Assembly (NCBI GenBank): GCA_036679065.1
Contig: JAZIGN010000003.1
Coordinates: 128,001 to 192,000, forward strand
Direction: 5' to 3'
DNA length: 64,000 nucleotides
Source: Coprothermobacterota bacterium
GTDB taxonomy: Bacteria > Coprothermobacterota > Coprothermobacteria > Coprothermobacterales > Coprothermobacteraceae
How positions within the stretch are numbered: the stretch's first letter is position 1; every line of letters starts with the position of its first letter. Below, one piece after another: positions 1-11,626 of this stretch. The notes beneath the pieces were generated by a model that saw only the letters and a list, made by a program, of their open reading frames with translations, was not told the origin of the DNA and searched no databases. The translations under genes were made by a program, and so were the position numbers.

Positions 1-1003
1 GACTGTCCTTCACTGCAACGTTCTTTGCACCTAAAAGCAGTTCACCATAATAACCACTGCCAACCTCAACGTTACACTCTTGGAAGAAAGAGTTTAAAAA
101 TGGCACAGTGGCTGTTTGAGTGCCACTGATTACCTTTAGATCCTGCTCATAAACTAAAGTTAACGTTGACGTTTGCAAAGTCAAAGCCTTTCCATCACCA
201 ACAACAATCGCACTACCCGTGCAGTTATATATCTTTTGAAACTGCTCCACTGGCTTCGCCTCCGGTATTCTTTTCCAAAGCACAACACTTGGTAGCAACT
301 GTTTCATCCCATCATCAAATTGCGTGATTTTAATGCCCTTTCCCTCAACGCAGTGGTCATAACTGGTGTAGTAACAATGTGAACTAGTCTGAAACATCAA
401 ATTACTGTATTCGTAACCAGGGGCTCCAGTTTTTGTCCCTTCGCCAGCATAATAAAAAGAATCTTTTTCGTAGGTGGTTTTCATGCCCCTCCAGCCCACA
501 AACACTATAGTTCTGCGCGTAGAGGAAACATACATGTTCCCCTCATCAATAGCTGGTTGCCACAACGATTCAGTCCAACAAGGCCTGCCGCAGGACAGAA
601 GTTTTGACGAGCCATAGAAGTAAAATTTTTCAGCTGCCACATCCCCCAACAAGCGACTACCATAGTCCATAGAGAAAGTGGAGCTGGCATTTACTACAAA
701 AGATGGTACCCATTCCACTGGGAAAGTCCGTTCCATGTCCTCATACTGGACTGCTACTGCTTCTTCAGACCACAGAAAGCTGCAGCCATTGAAAAAGCTA
801 AGTTTCTCACCATTTTTAGTGTTGTACATATGTTCAGCTACGTCCAAGCATTCCTCTATACGCAGCCGCGCCAAGGCTTTTTCCTCAAGCATCCTTTCGT
901 GAACTACGCTAAATGCTGAAGCGCTTAAGGTGACAAGCACCATGCTGCATACGAGCATCACAGAAAACAAAACAGCACTACCGGGTAAGTATTTCCCATT
1001 CAT
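1..1003 (-). CDS. PilX-like minor pilin / pilus assembly protein (3' end runs off the window)
   Basis: Hand-translated open frame from ATG 1003 (MNGKYLPGSAVLFSVMLVCSMVLVTLSASAF...) with no stop down to base 1. GGGTGG RBS upstream; G-followed hydrophobic helix; overlaps the preceding prepilin. Absent from the ORF track because it is truncated. Confidence 0.65.
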   Translation of the reverse strand, partial: MNGKYLPGSAVLFSVMLVCSMVLVTLSASAFSVVHERMLEEKALARLRIEECLDVAEHMYNTKNGEKLSFFNGCSFLWSEEAVAVQYEDMERTFPVEWVPSFVVNASSTFSMDYGSRLLGDVAAEKFYFYGSSKLLSCGRPCWTESLWQPAIDEGNMYVSSTRRTIVFVGWRGMKTTYEKDSFYYAGEGTKTGAPGYEYSNLMFQTSSHCYYTSYDHCVEGKGIKITQFDDGMKQLLPSVVLWKRIPEAKPVEQFQKIYNCTGSAIVVGDGKALTLQTSTLTLVYEQDLKVISGTQTATVPFLNSFFQECNVEVGSGYYGELLLGAKNVAVKDS

Positions 1004-1274
1004 AGTCCACCCTTTGATTTGGCGTTGCATCATAAACAAATCTTTGAGGACCAAAGATTTGCCTTTCTAGTGGTGTACGTTGCTCAGTAAGCAAAGTATG
1101 CAATGGTGTAGGATTATTTATGGTTTTTCCTGCCTTGTTTAACTGCAGGGAAGCGACGTTTATGTAACTAAAGAGTAGCAACAACAGAAAGCTGGAGGCT
1201 GATAAAGCCAAAAGCAGCTCAATTAAGGTAAAAGCCGGGAAACCCTTGTTCCTGTTATGGAATAATCTTTCCAA
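978..1274 (-). CDS. Prepilin-type N-terminal cleavage/methylation protein (PilW-like)
   Basis: AFTLIELLLAL class III signal motif with E5 and a hydrophobic helix. Confidence 0.75.
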   Translation of the reverse strand: MERLFHNRNKGFPAFTLIELLLALSASSFLLLLLFSYINVASLQLNKAGKTINNPTPLHTLLTEQRTPLERQIFGPQRFVYDATPNQRVDYEWEILTR

Positions 1275-1594
1275 TGCACCGTTACCGTAGTTTCTTTGAA
1301 GTTACTTTCACAATTAGGAATTTGCTGTGCTGAAGCACCAAAACTGGAACAGCCCAACGACACGCTTCTAGTAACGCCGTAGTCCACGTTACCACTGTGA
1401 ACCACGAAACTTGTAGCTGTCTCAGAGTACCAAGGTGCATTGTAAAGTTGCTCGTACATTATAGAGGAAGCCACATTCCTTTCCTTCACATAAGTATGTA
1501 TGGTTTGGGCATCCCCGCTGGCGCCAAGCAGAAGTAGACCCGCTAACAGAGTCAGAACTAATGCTATTAGCACCTCTGCATAGGAAATACCCAT
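1223..1594 (-). CDS. Prepilin-like protein (PilV-like)
   Basis: MG|ISYAEVLIALVLTLLAGLL with E5; C-terminal TVTVHW typical of PilV-like minor pilins. Confidence 0.7.
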   Translation of the reverse strand: MGISYAEVLIALVLTLLAGLLLLGASGDAQTIHTYVKERNVASSIMYEQLYNAPWYSETATSFVVHSGNVDYGVTRSVSLGCSSFGASAQQIPNCESNFKETTVTVHWKDYSITGTRVSRLLP

Positions 1595-1615
1595 GTTCTA
1601 TACTATAATACCACT
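1595..1615. promoter_or_regulatory. Overlapping divergent -10 boxes serving two leaderless genes
   Basis: TATAAT (+, 1604-1609) lies 6 nt before ATG 1616; TATAGT (-, 1607-1602) lies 7 nt before ATG 1594; no SD on either side. Confidence 0.6.
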
Positions 1616-2113
1616 ATGAAGGTGTTTCTTTTTAAGGGGGATTTAACTACCCTGGACGTAGATGCCGTGGTGAACGCAGCAAACGGTATAGGGCCCATGG
1701 GAGGTGGCGTTGCATACGCCATTAAAAAGGTAGGCGGGCATGAAATTGAACAAGAAGCCATAAAGCGCTGTCAAGAAGAAGGTCCGTTTAAGCCTGGGCA
1801 GGTTTACGTAACCACTGGCGGGAGTAGGTGGAAATACGTCATTCACGCTGTAACCATGATGTACCCTGCTGAACCTGCCGATTATGATTCCGCAGGTGAA
1901 GCATTAGCAAAAGCCATTAAGAAAGCCGTCGATCTAGGTGTAACAAGCGTGGCAGTGCCTGCATTAGGTATGGGCGTAGGGGGACTTGAGCCAAGGGCAC
2001 TGGCACAGGTTTATGCAAATGTATTCAAGCGCTTGAAAGATGAGCCCCTAAACATCGTGGTCTCAGCTTTCGACAAAACCTTTCTGATGGAGCTTATCAG
2101 TGCGCTGGATTAG
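1616..2113 (+). CDS. Macro domain (ADP-ribose binding/hydrolase) protein
   Basis: KGDLT, DAVVNAAN, GGGVAYAI, VIHAV and PALGMGVGG motifs. Confidence 0.92.
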   Translation: MKVFLFKGDLTTLDVDAVVNAANGIGPMGGGVAYAIKKVGGHEIEQEAIKRCQEEGPFKPGQVYVTTGGSRWKYVIHAVTMMYPAEPADYDSAGEALAKAIKKAVDLGVTSVAVPALGMGVGGLEPRALAQVYANVFKRLKDEPLNIVVSAFDKTFLMELISALD

Positions 2114-3158
2114 CTTGGTACTAATAGTTGTTCTGCTATTGGGTGGTGGTTATTTTTACTGGCAGCGTGTAGAAAGCAGTAAAGTTGTTTATGTATTTTT
2201 GCCAGAAGTGCCCAGTGCCACCATTGTCCCTTGGACTGCAATAACCCCAGCAGATAGAACTGTGCTATATAACACAAGAAGAACACTGTTTAAATACGGC
2301 AAACCTAGCGCAAATGACGCGAGCTGGGAAGAACAAGCAGTCCCCGATTTAGCCCTCAGTGCAACTTCCACCGACAACATACACTGGACCATCAGTCTTA
2401 AATCAGACATCATTACTGCAACCCAAATCATAAGCGTTTGGAGTGAAACACTTAAAAATGGTGATCCTACCGTAGTTGGTAAGCTCTTTTACTACATTGA
2501 AGGTGGGCAAAGCTACAAAAACAACACAGGTCCTTTTAAGGGGCTTTCAGCCGAGACACCAAGCACCCTTCATGTGGTCACAGCATTTCCCCTTAACCTT
2601 CCCCTGTTACTAGCTGACCCCGTATTTTCCGCATCAGCAACAACGGACATAACGTATGAAAATGGTGTTCTTTTGAAGGGTGAAATGCGGATCATATTTA
2701 CCAACGAACCTGAGAAAGCTGACATAGCATGGCTTGAAGAAGGTACTGATCATTTCTCTGGAACCTTTGACTACGCTGTCTCTTCCACGGTTTTGCCCAC
2801 AGTTTCTACCACCTCATTGTGTCTTAACGTTCCTTTGGCAGACCTTAGCCAAGTACAAATACTGACTCCAACGGTGTTTTATGTGCCGCCTCAGAGACCA
2901 TCTGAGGGCAAAGTTAGTTTATACCCATGGCAGTTGGATTACCCAAGTGAGGAAGCGTTTAAGTTGGGCATGGCAGTGCTACTTAATGATCCCAAAGTGG
3001 CATCAGCAACTCAAAGCTTAAGCGAACTCATGGATAAAAACCACATTTACGTGGCTAATCCGCAGTGCTTCAATCTGAAAATGAGCTCACGCATAAAGAA
3101 TTTAGAAACACACTTGGACATATTGGATTTTACGGAAATGACAAAGAAGGTGTGGTGA
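2100..3158 (+). CDS. Membrane-anchored protein with a divergent family-5 solute-binding N-terminal region
   Basis: N-terminal TM helix; VPDLALSATSTDNIHWTISLK and YYIEGG...GLSA..TLHV resemble OppA-type segments. Confidence 0.55.
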   Translation: MRWISLVLIVVLLLGGGYFYWQRVESSKVVYVFLPEVPSATIVPWTAITPADRTVLYNTRRTLFKYGKPSANDASWEEQAVPDLALSATSTDNIHWTISLKSDIITATQIISVWSETLKNGDPTVVGKLFYYIEGGQSYKNNTGPFKGLSAETPSTLHVVTAFPLNLPLLLADPVFSASATTDITYENGVLLKGEMRIIFTNEPEKADIAWLEEGTDHFSGTFDYAVSSTVLPTVSTTSLCLNVPLADLSQVQILTPTVFYVPPQRPSEGKVSLYPWQLDYPSEEAFKLGMAVLLNDPKVASATQSLSELMDKNHIYVANPQCFNLKMSSRIKNLETHLDILDFTEMTKKVW

Positions 3159-3165
3159 ACCATTC

Positions 3166-3570
3166 ATGTCAAAGTACGAAGGGCGCAGAGCCAGTGAAGA
3201 CGATGTGGTTGATCTCGCCCAATGGGCTCCTTATCCGCCCAACAGAAGAACATCTTTTATTCAAAGCCTGCTTAACTATGTCAGGGTGCCTTACACCCGA
3301 GTAGTCGTTGTTGAAAAAGAAGGTGCACTGGTTGCATTTGCCCTACTTTGGCTAAAGCACTCCGCAGTCACACAAACCATTACTGCAGAAATAAAAGATC
3401 TCGTACTAAAAGAACCTTCGGACAGAGAAGCCTTGCAAGTGCTCCTTGATACATGTGAACAAACGGTGAAAAACATGGGGGCATCAGAAATAGAACTTTA
3501 TTGCGAAAGTTTGGATTTACATGAATTTGGTTATAATACCTTTAGTAGTTTTTGGAGGAAAGGGGTGTAA
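3166..3570 (+). CDS. GNAT-fold protein
   Basis: VVVVEKEGALVAFALL, AEIKDLVL and KNMGASEIEL pattern. Confidence 0.6.
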   Translation: MSKYEGRRASEDDVVDLAQWAPYPPNRRTSFIQSLLNYVRVPYTRVVVVEKEGALVAFALLWLKHSAVTQTITAEIKDLVLKEPSDREALQVLLDTCEQTVKNMGASEIELYCESLDLHEFGYNTFSSFWRKGV

Positions 3571-3576
3571 GTTAGC

Positions 3577-4056
3577 ATGGAAAACAAAGAAATGACTGCG
3601 AAGGAAGCTCTTAGTTATGCCATCCACGCCGAAATTGAGGCTAACGAGTTTTACTTAGAATGGTCAATTAATACTAACGATCCGGCAGCCAAGAAAGAAC
3701 TGCAAGAGCTTGCAGACTGGGAGGCACAGCACCGCGACCAACTAACAAACATTTATGAAAGCCGATTCAGTGAAAAATTCCAGAGAAACCCCAACGTCAC
3801 TGTGGAACCCGCGTTAAAAGTTAAGGCTGACGAGTTCAAAGATGTGTACAATGTACTGCGCATCGCCTCCACTGCTTATCTTACTGAGCTCACCTCTGCC
3901 GAGTTTTACAGCGACATGGCAAAAAAGTTCGCCGACGATGAGGAGCTTAGTAAAACCTTCAGTGACCTTGCGGACATGGAAAAAAGCCATATGCAGCTCA
4001 TGCTAAAGCGTTACCTAAGACTTAAAGAGGACTTATCTGGTCCGCTAATGTTGTAA
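3577..4056 (+). CDS. Rubrerythrin/ferritin-like diiron protein
   Basis: Paired E..FY and ExxH motifs (EIEANEFY/EAQH; ELTSAEFY/EKSH). Confidence 0.85.
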   Translation: MENKEMTAKEALSYAIHAEIEANEFYLEWSINTNDPAAKKELQELADWEAQHRDQLTNIYESRFSEKFQRNPNVTVEPALKVKADEFKDVYNVLRIASTAYLTELTSAEFYSDMAKKFADDEELSKTFSDLADMEKSHMQLMLKRYLRLKEDLSGPLML

Positions 4057-4539
4057 CCTCTCATCGCAGTGCACAGGGCGAACTTCAACATAGCAGATGA
4101 GCTATGATTCTGAGAAAAACCCGTTCTGGAACATGTACGTTATAAACACGTCAAAAAGATGAGAAATAGGCCGTTCTGAGCAAAAATGGGTCTGATAAAT
4201 CCACGTTTCTTAGGGACATGTTTTTGAGCCATAAAGAATGTTCAACCAAATGAAACATTACTGCAAAAGCTAACAAGGAACCACTCTGTAGGAAGCCGCT
4301 GTATGGTTAACAACGCTCTAGGCAAGCATATAAGCGTTTAGGGAGCCTACTAAAGCGTGCGTGGAGTGTTTTACTTTAGTCTGCCCTAAGAACCATTACA
4401 CGAGCTCACCGCGATTTTGCTTTCACAGGAGCTTCGTTACCCATGAAGAGCACGTCACGTTCGAGGGAGAAAAAACTTGCTTCCCACAAGAGCCTGGTTT
4501 GATTTATCGCAAATTAGCTTTTTTATACATCTTATTAGT

Positions 4540-4571
4540 AAAAAAGCAGCGGCGCTTTCTGCACCGCTGCT
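4540..4571 (-). terminator. Intrinsic terminator of guaBA
   Basis: AGCAGCGGTGC-AGAAA-GCGCCGCTGCT followed by a T-run on the minus strand. Confidence 0.8.
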
Positions 4572-4598
4572 CCCTTTTCTACGTTGTCATAACGTGTC

Positions 4599-6134
4599 CT
4601 ATTCCCATTCAATGGTTCCAGGTGGCTTTGAAGTGATGTCATAAACTACCCTGGAAATCTCTGGAATTTCGCTAATAAGCGAACTGGCGATCTTGTCTAA
4701 AAGCTCGGGTGGAGCTTTGTACCAGTCAGCCGTCATGGCATCCACACTTTGCACCATTCTAACAGCAAGTACCCATCCGTAATGGCGCGCATCACCTTTT
4801 ACACCCACACTTTTCACACCCGTGAACACCGGAAATGCCTGCCAAAGTTCATTGTAGACGCCTTCCTCTTTAAGCACACGCTCTAAAACGCTGTGAGCTC
4901 TACGCAAAATGTCTAAGTACTCTTCCTTCACAGGGCCTATAGTACGTACAGCCAGCCCTGGACCAGGAAATGGGTGGCGCATCAGAAAGTCCTCAGGAAT
5001 GCCAAGCCACCTTCCCATGTTCCTAACCTCATCCTTATAAAGCCACCTTAAAGGCTCTAGCAGCTTCAGTCCCAAACTCTGGGGCAAACCGCCAACATTA
5101 TGATGGGATTTTATGACACTGGCACTGCCTTCTCCGCTCTCTATCACATCGGGATAAAGGGTCCCCTGGAGCAGGAAATCGAAATGCCCCAAGTTTCGAG
5201 CTTCTTCTTCAAACACTTGAATGAACAGATTTCCTATGATTTTTCTCTTTTGCTCAGGGTCGATAACGCCTTCTAAGGCTTTTAAGAATCGCTCCTTTGC
5301 ATCCACCACTTTTATCTTTAAGCCCAGGTGTTTACTCAAATTTCTAACGTGTGCTTCATCTTCAGCACGCTGCAGCCCAGTATCAATGTAGAGGCACTGT
5401 AGTCTACCGCAGCCCAGTGCCCTGTGGGTGAGCACTGCCGCAACAGCGGAGTCCACACCGCCACTGAGCGCGCCAAGTACCATGCCGTTTTCTCCCACAG
5501 TTTCCCTAATCTCCCTTATGGCTTCACTGACATAGTCTGTTATGTTCCAGTTCACTTCAGCTTTGGCCACACCAAAGACAAAGTTCTTTAATAGGGCATT
5601 CCCAAACTGCGTATGAGCCACCTCAGGGTGAAACTGCACAGCATAAAACAAAGGTTCCTTTTGGAATGCTGCTAAAGGGCAATGCTCCGTGCTTGCACTT
5701 ACTTCAAACTCGCTGGGCAACTCCACTACTTGGTCTCCGTGGCTCATCCAAACATCCTGCGCAGTTGGAGTGCCAGTGAAAAGTGGCTCAGAGTTTTTTA
5801 CAGCAAGGTTGGTTCTACCGTATTCACCACCAGGGGCAGGGCCCACCTTGCCACCAAGCAAATGTGCCATGAGCTGGGCACCGTAGCAGATGCCTAGCAC
5901 GGGTTTGGTAACGTTGCTGAAAAACTCAGCTGGCAACTGAGGTGCGTTTTCGTCATAAACTGAGGCAGGACCTCCAGAAAGCACAACGGCTTTCACCAAG
6001 GGGTCGTCAAGTACTTCCTGCCACCGCCAATAAGGAACAATCTCTGCGTAAACACCTAAATCCCTGATGCGCCGACTTATCAGGTGCGCATACTGCCCTC
6101 CAAAATCAATAACAGCTACTCCTTCTCGTTTCAT
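4599..6134 (-). CDS. guaA: GMP synthase (glutamine-hydrolysing)
   Basis: IDFGGQY, GICYGAQ, QFHPEV, SGGVDS, IKSHHNVGG, KPPGTIEWE. Confidence 0.98.
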   Translation of the reverse strand: MKREGVAVIDFGGQYAHLISRRIRDLGVYAEIVPYWRWQEVLDDPLVKAVVLSGGPASVYDENAPQLPAEFFSNVTKPVLGICYGAQLMAHLLGGKVGPAPGGEYGRTNLAVKNSEPLFTGTPTAQDVWMSHGDQVVELPSEFEVSASTEHCPLAAFQKEPLFYAVQFHPEVAHTQFGNALLKNFVFGVAKAEVNWNITDYVSEAIREIRETVGENGMVLGALSGGVDSAVAAVLTHRALGCGRLQCLYIDTGLQRAEDEAHVRNLSKHLGLKIKVVDAKERFLKALEGVIDPEQKRKIIGNLFIQVFEEEARNLGHFDFLLQGTLYPDVIESGEGSASVIKSHHNVGGLPQSLGLKLLEPLRWLYKDEVRNMGRWLGIPEDFLMRHPFPGPGLAVRTIGPVKEEYLDILRRAHSVLERVLKEEGVYNELWQAFPVFTGVKSVGVKGDARHYGWVLAVRMVQSVDAMTADWYKAPPELLDKIASSLISEIPEISRVVYDITSKPPGTIEWE

Positions 6135-6141
6135 GGCAACG

Positions 6142-7698
<1,557 letters not shown>

Positions 7699-7907
7699 TC
7701 ATAAACAGTTCAGACTGTCACAATTATGCTGGTGCAATGTTACATTGATGCCATACAACCATTGAGTTGCGGTAACATATATGACCCGAATGGTATAGAA
7801 TATGTTTTATACGTAAATACGAAAACGTATGTGGTACGTGTTGTATTTTTTGTATATTTACTAAAAGGTGTGCATGATAACTATAACAGGATTGCGAGGG
7901 CTTTTAG

Positions 7908-10900
7908 GTGTGGTACGATGAAAAAGTTGATCAGATTTTAGGTAATATCGTAGGAAATCGCGTAGGGATATGGGGGCAGCACGGAAGTGGAAAGACATTT
8001 CTTTTAAAGAAACTGCGTTCTAAGTTGGATAAATCTTTTTACGTCCATATACACTCATTCCGCATGCCACTTGGAGAACTTTACTGGAGCGTACTATCTT
8101 CCGATTGGGAACAAGCAAGTCACCTGGATGAGAAATCATGGTCAACGTTTTTAAGATACATTCCCGTGGACGAAGTCCCCATCTCAATAACAGCAAAACC
8201 GAATTATTTAGTGGACATCCAAGCCATAAACAGGGACGTACTTTTAAGTACACTGACGCTGTTAGAAACATATAACATAAAAACACTTCTTTTGGACCAA
8301 CTTGACCCAACCGAGTTAAGCTCCTCAGTTAAACATCTATTGCGTGAATTGGCAAAAGAAGGCATAGCCATTGTTGCTACTTCCACCTACAAAGATGTTT
8401 TTAAAGAGCTTGGTTACCCTGTGGTTCCTATGCGTGACCCAGAGCGTGAACGCGAAGACGCTCTACAGCAGTTCATGGAAGTCTGGAACGACTTGAGCTA
8501 CTCAGATGCCCAGAAACTCGTGGAAATGTCCAAAGGAAATCTGTTCAATGCACAGCTGCTCAAAGAAAGAAACGCGCAAAATCTTGAAGAAGTAATCGTG
8601 GAGGAAAAAGCAAAAAACCCAGAGCTTTTTAATGCTTTGGCTCATCTGTATGTGGGAGACATTTGGTTTAGTCCATCGAGTAAGAAGCTGGTTGAAGAAA
8701 ACATCCTTGATAATGAATGCTCTTTATTGGATTCGCCACTCATAATTCAAGAAGTCCCGCAGTATCGATTTCTTTCGCCAGAAGTAAAAGAAATAATTTG
8801 GAAGCTGAACGAGCTTGACAAAGATTATGTGCACGTGTGGTGGGCTAAGGAACTAAGTAAACTGAACATTCCCACCTACTGGACCCGCATAGCGCATCTG
8901 TTCGCTTTTGGAAAACAGAAGCGCAGTGAAGCTTTTGCGCTTCTCATGGCATCCAGGAAGCAATACAACTATCCAGAGGCAGCATCACTGCTTGAAAAAG
9001 CGCTGGAGCTGTTTCCAGAATTGAATGGTGCAAAACGCAAACTAGCAAACATTTATTACTCGCAGGGAAAATACAAGGAAGCACTTTCCATGCTTCAGCA
9101 GATAAAGTCTCCATCGCTGTTTGACCAGGCGTACAAGGTCAGATTGTACGTGCTGCTGGGAATGAATGAAGAAGCCACCGAACTCGGTGAATTTCTCTTA
9201 AATCAAATTGAGAAAGTGAACAAATTCTATTGGCCCGGCATGCTGTCAGACCTGGCCCCCTATATTATCAACATCAAGAATGAGCCAAGGAAGATTTTTG
9301 ACTACTATGTGCGATTGTACCCAAGTGACTTTGAATCTCCCCGATTACATTGGGGCGCTTTCTTGAACGTAGTTGGGGTCTCCTTAAGTTATTCTCTAAA
9401 ATACGAAGATGCCACTGAGTTTTACCAAGAGTCCATAAAGGTACTTCAAGGAACATCGCGTTTCGAAGTCTTTGCACGGCCAGTCATAAACGAAGCCGCG
9501 GTAAAGACAATCATGCACGGGTCAAAAACTATTTTAGAAAGTAAGGAGCGCCTGGAAAGCCTGATACCCAGTTTATCCAGTGTTGGGCAACGGTCATTTT
9601 GGCAAACATTACTTGATAGTCTCCAAGAATTCATGTCCAGAGGAGCTTTGCAAAAGTATGTCAGGGAACTTGAAGAGTGCACTAGAGTTCTTTTGTCCTC
9701 GACTTATCGCTATGATGGGTACATGACTTTGGCTTGGCACTACACCAGTGTGCTGGACTTCAACCTGGCAGAATGGTTCCTCATTTTGGCATCAAAGAAT
9801 GCGTCTTCAGAAATTGAGGAGTTAAATACCAAAGTTTTATGGACTTACCTAAAACTGCTTGAAGGTAAAGAAGTAGCAAAAAGCGACATTGATACCTTAT
9901 TAAGCCGCTGTATGGAACATCTGGATAAGGGCATTAACGCTAGCAGGTTGGTATCTGTGTTACTCATTACACAGTGTGATTCCATACCACCTCAGCTTCT
10001 TGAACATTTAGATTCCAGTCCGTTCGAGGAATCATTAAGAATGCTTGCCATGAGCCCTGAGAACTGTTCGAACGCGTTTCGCTACATGCTAAGGTTATGG
10101 AGACGTTGGGAACGTCTTTCCATGTCCAATCTTGGCATGATCATGTTTAGAAGATTTTACAATGAAACCGACAAGGCCTTGCTTAAAACGTTGGCTGATT
10201 GGATACTCCAGGAGGTACGTGCACTGGACTACCCACAGCTTACCGCTTATTGGCAAGAAGCATACCAAAGTATTGCTGCTGTTTCTCAATGGAGTAGTTT
10301 ACTAAGCTGGCATCTCAACTTGCAAGAAATATCAAACGTGGAACAGCTCGGTGGTGCCCTGAGCTACATCTTTCAATCATACTTTGGCCGTAACTTTTAT
10401 GCAAAAATTGAAAGCGGAACCTTAAATTTGGAGCTTGGCGATAACAGGGTAGCGAAAAAATGTCAATACTTCATACAAAAAGGTTCTTTAATTCAAATAA
10501 AAGCCTGGTACAACGAACTAACCGACCCCATGGCTCCCCATGTTCTCGATTTGCTCAGCTACAGCCTTGAACAGCTTAACACAAAACTTTTTGGGATGCA
10601 GGACTCTCTAACTGGTTTGTTCAACAGAACCTACGGCAACCAACGTTTGGCAGAGGAGTGGGAACTTTACCTTCGTGGCGGACCACACTTCAGTGTTATG
10701 TTCTTGGACCTGGATAACTTCAAATGGGTAAATGACACTCTTGGACACGAAATGGGCGATAAAGTACTTATGGAGTTTTCCAAATTTCTGCGTTCTTCAC
10801 TCAGGGCGACTGATGTTCCCATAAGATGGGGAGGGGATGAATTCCTGGTTATTCTACCTGGAACTGACACGGAAGAGGCAACTGTCATTTGTGAAAGACT

Positions 10901-11069
10901 CACGAACCAAATGCTTCGCATAAAGAGCCCCCTGGAAAAACCTGTAACTGCCAGCATTGGTTTCGCCTCTATTTCTGAAGCAAACTCCGTCCAACAATTG
11001 GTTGAATTAGCCGATCAGCGCGCTTATTTGGTAAAAGCTGAAAGGAAAAACCGCGTTAGGGAACAGTGA
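7908..11069 (+). CDS. P-loop NTPase + TPR + GGDEF diguanylate cyclase
   Basis: Walker A GQHGSGKT, Walker B-like LLLDQLD, central TPR-like helices, C-terminal DSLTGLFNR...DLDNFK..ND..GH...RATD..RWGGDEF. Confidence 0.88.
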   Translation: MWYDEKVDQILGNIVGNRVGIWGQHGSGKTFLLKKLRSKLDKSFYVHIHSFRMPLGELYWSVLSSDWEQASHLDEKSWSTFLRYIPVDEVPISITAKPNYLVDIQAINRDVLLSTLTLLETYNIKTLLLDQLDPTELSSSVKHLLRELAKEGIAIVATSTYKDVFKELGYPVVPMRDPEREREDALQQFMEVWNDLSYSDAQKLVEMSKGNLFNAQLLKERNAQNLEEVIVEEKAKNPELFNALAHLYVGDIWFSPSSKKLVEENILDNECSLLDSPLIIQEVPQYRFLSPEVKEIIWKLNELDKDYVHVWWAKELSKLNIPTYWTRIAHLFAFGKQKRSEAFALLMASRKQYNYPEAASLLEKALELFPELNGAKRKLANIYYSQGKYKEALSMLQQIKSPSLFDQAYKVRLYVLLGMNEEATELGEFLLNQIEKVNKFYWPGMLSDLAPYIINIKNEPRKIFDYYVRLYPSDFESPRLHWGAFLNVVGVSLSYSLKYEDATEFYQESIKVLQGTSRFEVFARPVINEAAVKTIMHGSKTILESKERLESLIPSLSSVGQRSFWQTLLDSLQEFMSRGALQKYVRELEECTRVLLSSTYRYDGYMTLAWHYTSVLDFNLAEWFLILASKNASSEIEELNTKVLWTYLKLLEGKEVAKSDIDTLLSRCMEHLDKGINASRLVSVLLITQCDSIPPQLLEHLDSSPFEESLRMLAMSPENCSNAFRYMLRLWRRWERLSMSNLGMIMFRRFYNETDKALLKTLADWILQEVRALDYPQLTAYWQEAYQSIAAVSQWSSLLSWHLNLQEISNVEQLGGALSYIFQSYFGRNFYAKIESGTLNLELGDNRVAKKCQYFIQKGSLIQIKAWYNELTDPMAPHVLDLLSYSLEQLNTKLFGMQDSLTGLFNRTYGNQRLAEEWELYLRGGPHFSVMFLDLDNFKWVNDTLGHEMGDKVLMEFSKFLRSSLRATDVPIRWGGDEFLVILPGTDTEEATVICERLTNQMLRIKSPLEKPVTASIGFASISEANSVQQLVELADQRAYLVKAERKNRVREQ

Positions 11070-11478
11070 CCTGTGTTAGCTCCTCATCAGTAAGCACTTT
11101 TTTAAGATCCAGCACCAGCACAATGTCGCCATTATGGAGAAAGCTACCGACTAGGAACCTCTTCACTTCTTCAGGAAGTTCCATGGGAAGAGGCTTTAGT
11201 TCCGCCACGTCTTCAATGTTTCTTACATTGTCTACCAAAAAGCCAACGGGACGCTCGCTGTCCAAAACCAGTATTTTGTCCCCCTGACTGGGGTTTGCCT
11301 GCAATCTCAGACCCAGATCAATAACAGGTAAAAGCTGCCCCCTGAGTGCCATCACGCCGAGCAGCCAAGGTTGCGCCCCTGGTATGGACCTTAGGTCTTC
11401 CTTCAAAACGATTTCCTTCACACTAAGCAGTTCACTGGCATAAATCCGATCGCCCAAATCGTAAGTTATGTAACGCAC
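11056..11478 (-). CDS. cheW: Chemotaxis coupling protein CheW
   Basis: IPGAQPWLLGVMALRGQLLPVIDL and VGFLVD motifs. Confidence 0.93.
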   Translation of the reverse strand: MRYITYDLGDRIYASELLSVKEIVLKEDLRSIPGAQPWLLGVMALRGQLLPVIDLGLRLQANPSQGDKILVLDSERPVGFLVDNVRNIEDVAELKPLPMELPEEVKRFLVGSFLHNGDIVLVLDLKKVLTDEELTQVTVP

Positions 11479-11626
11479 CTCAAGACACCTCCTAAAAGCC
11501 TATATACATGCGAAAGATCTCGTGGAAACAGTATGTAGCACCACACCTAAATTCTAAAACACCACTCCCGTACCTTGACTTATTGAAAATCTTTTATAAG
11601 GATACATTGGCACAGGCTTTATTACT

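Noticed and set aside
4068..4110. GCACAGGGCGAAC resembles the start of a c-di-GMP-I riboswitch
   Set aside because: No GNRA-capped P2, no GCAAAGC junction and no P3 follow
4361..4636. 91-aa ORF on the plus strand
   Set aside because: No recognisable motif; it runs through the guaA terminator and overlaps guaA
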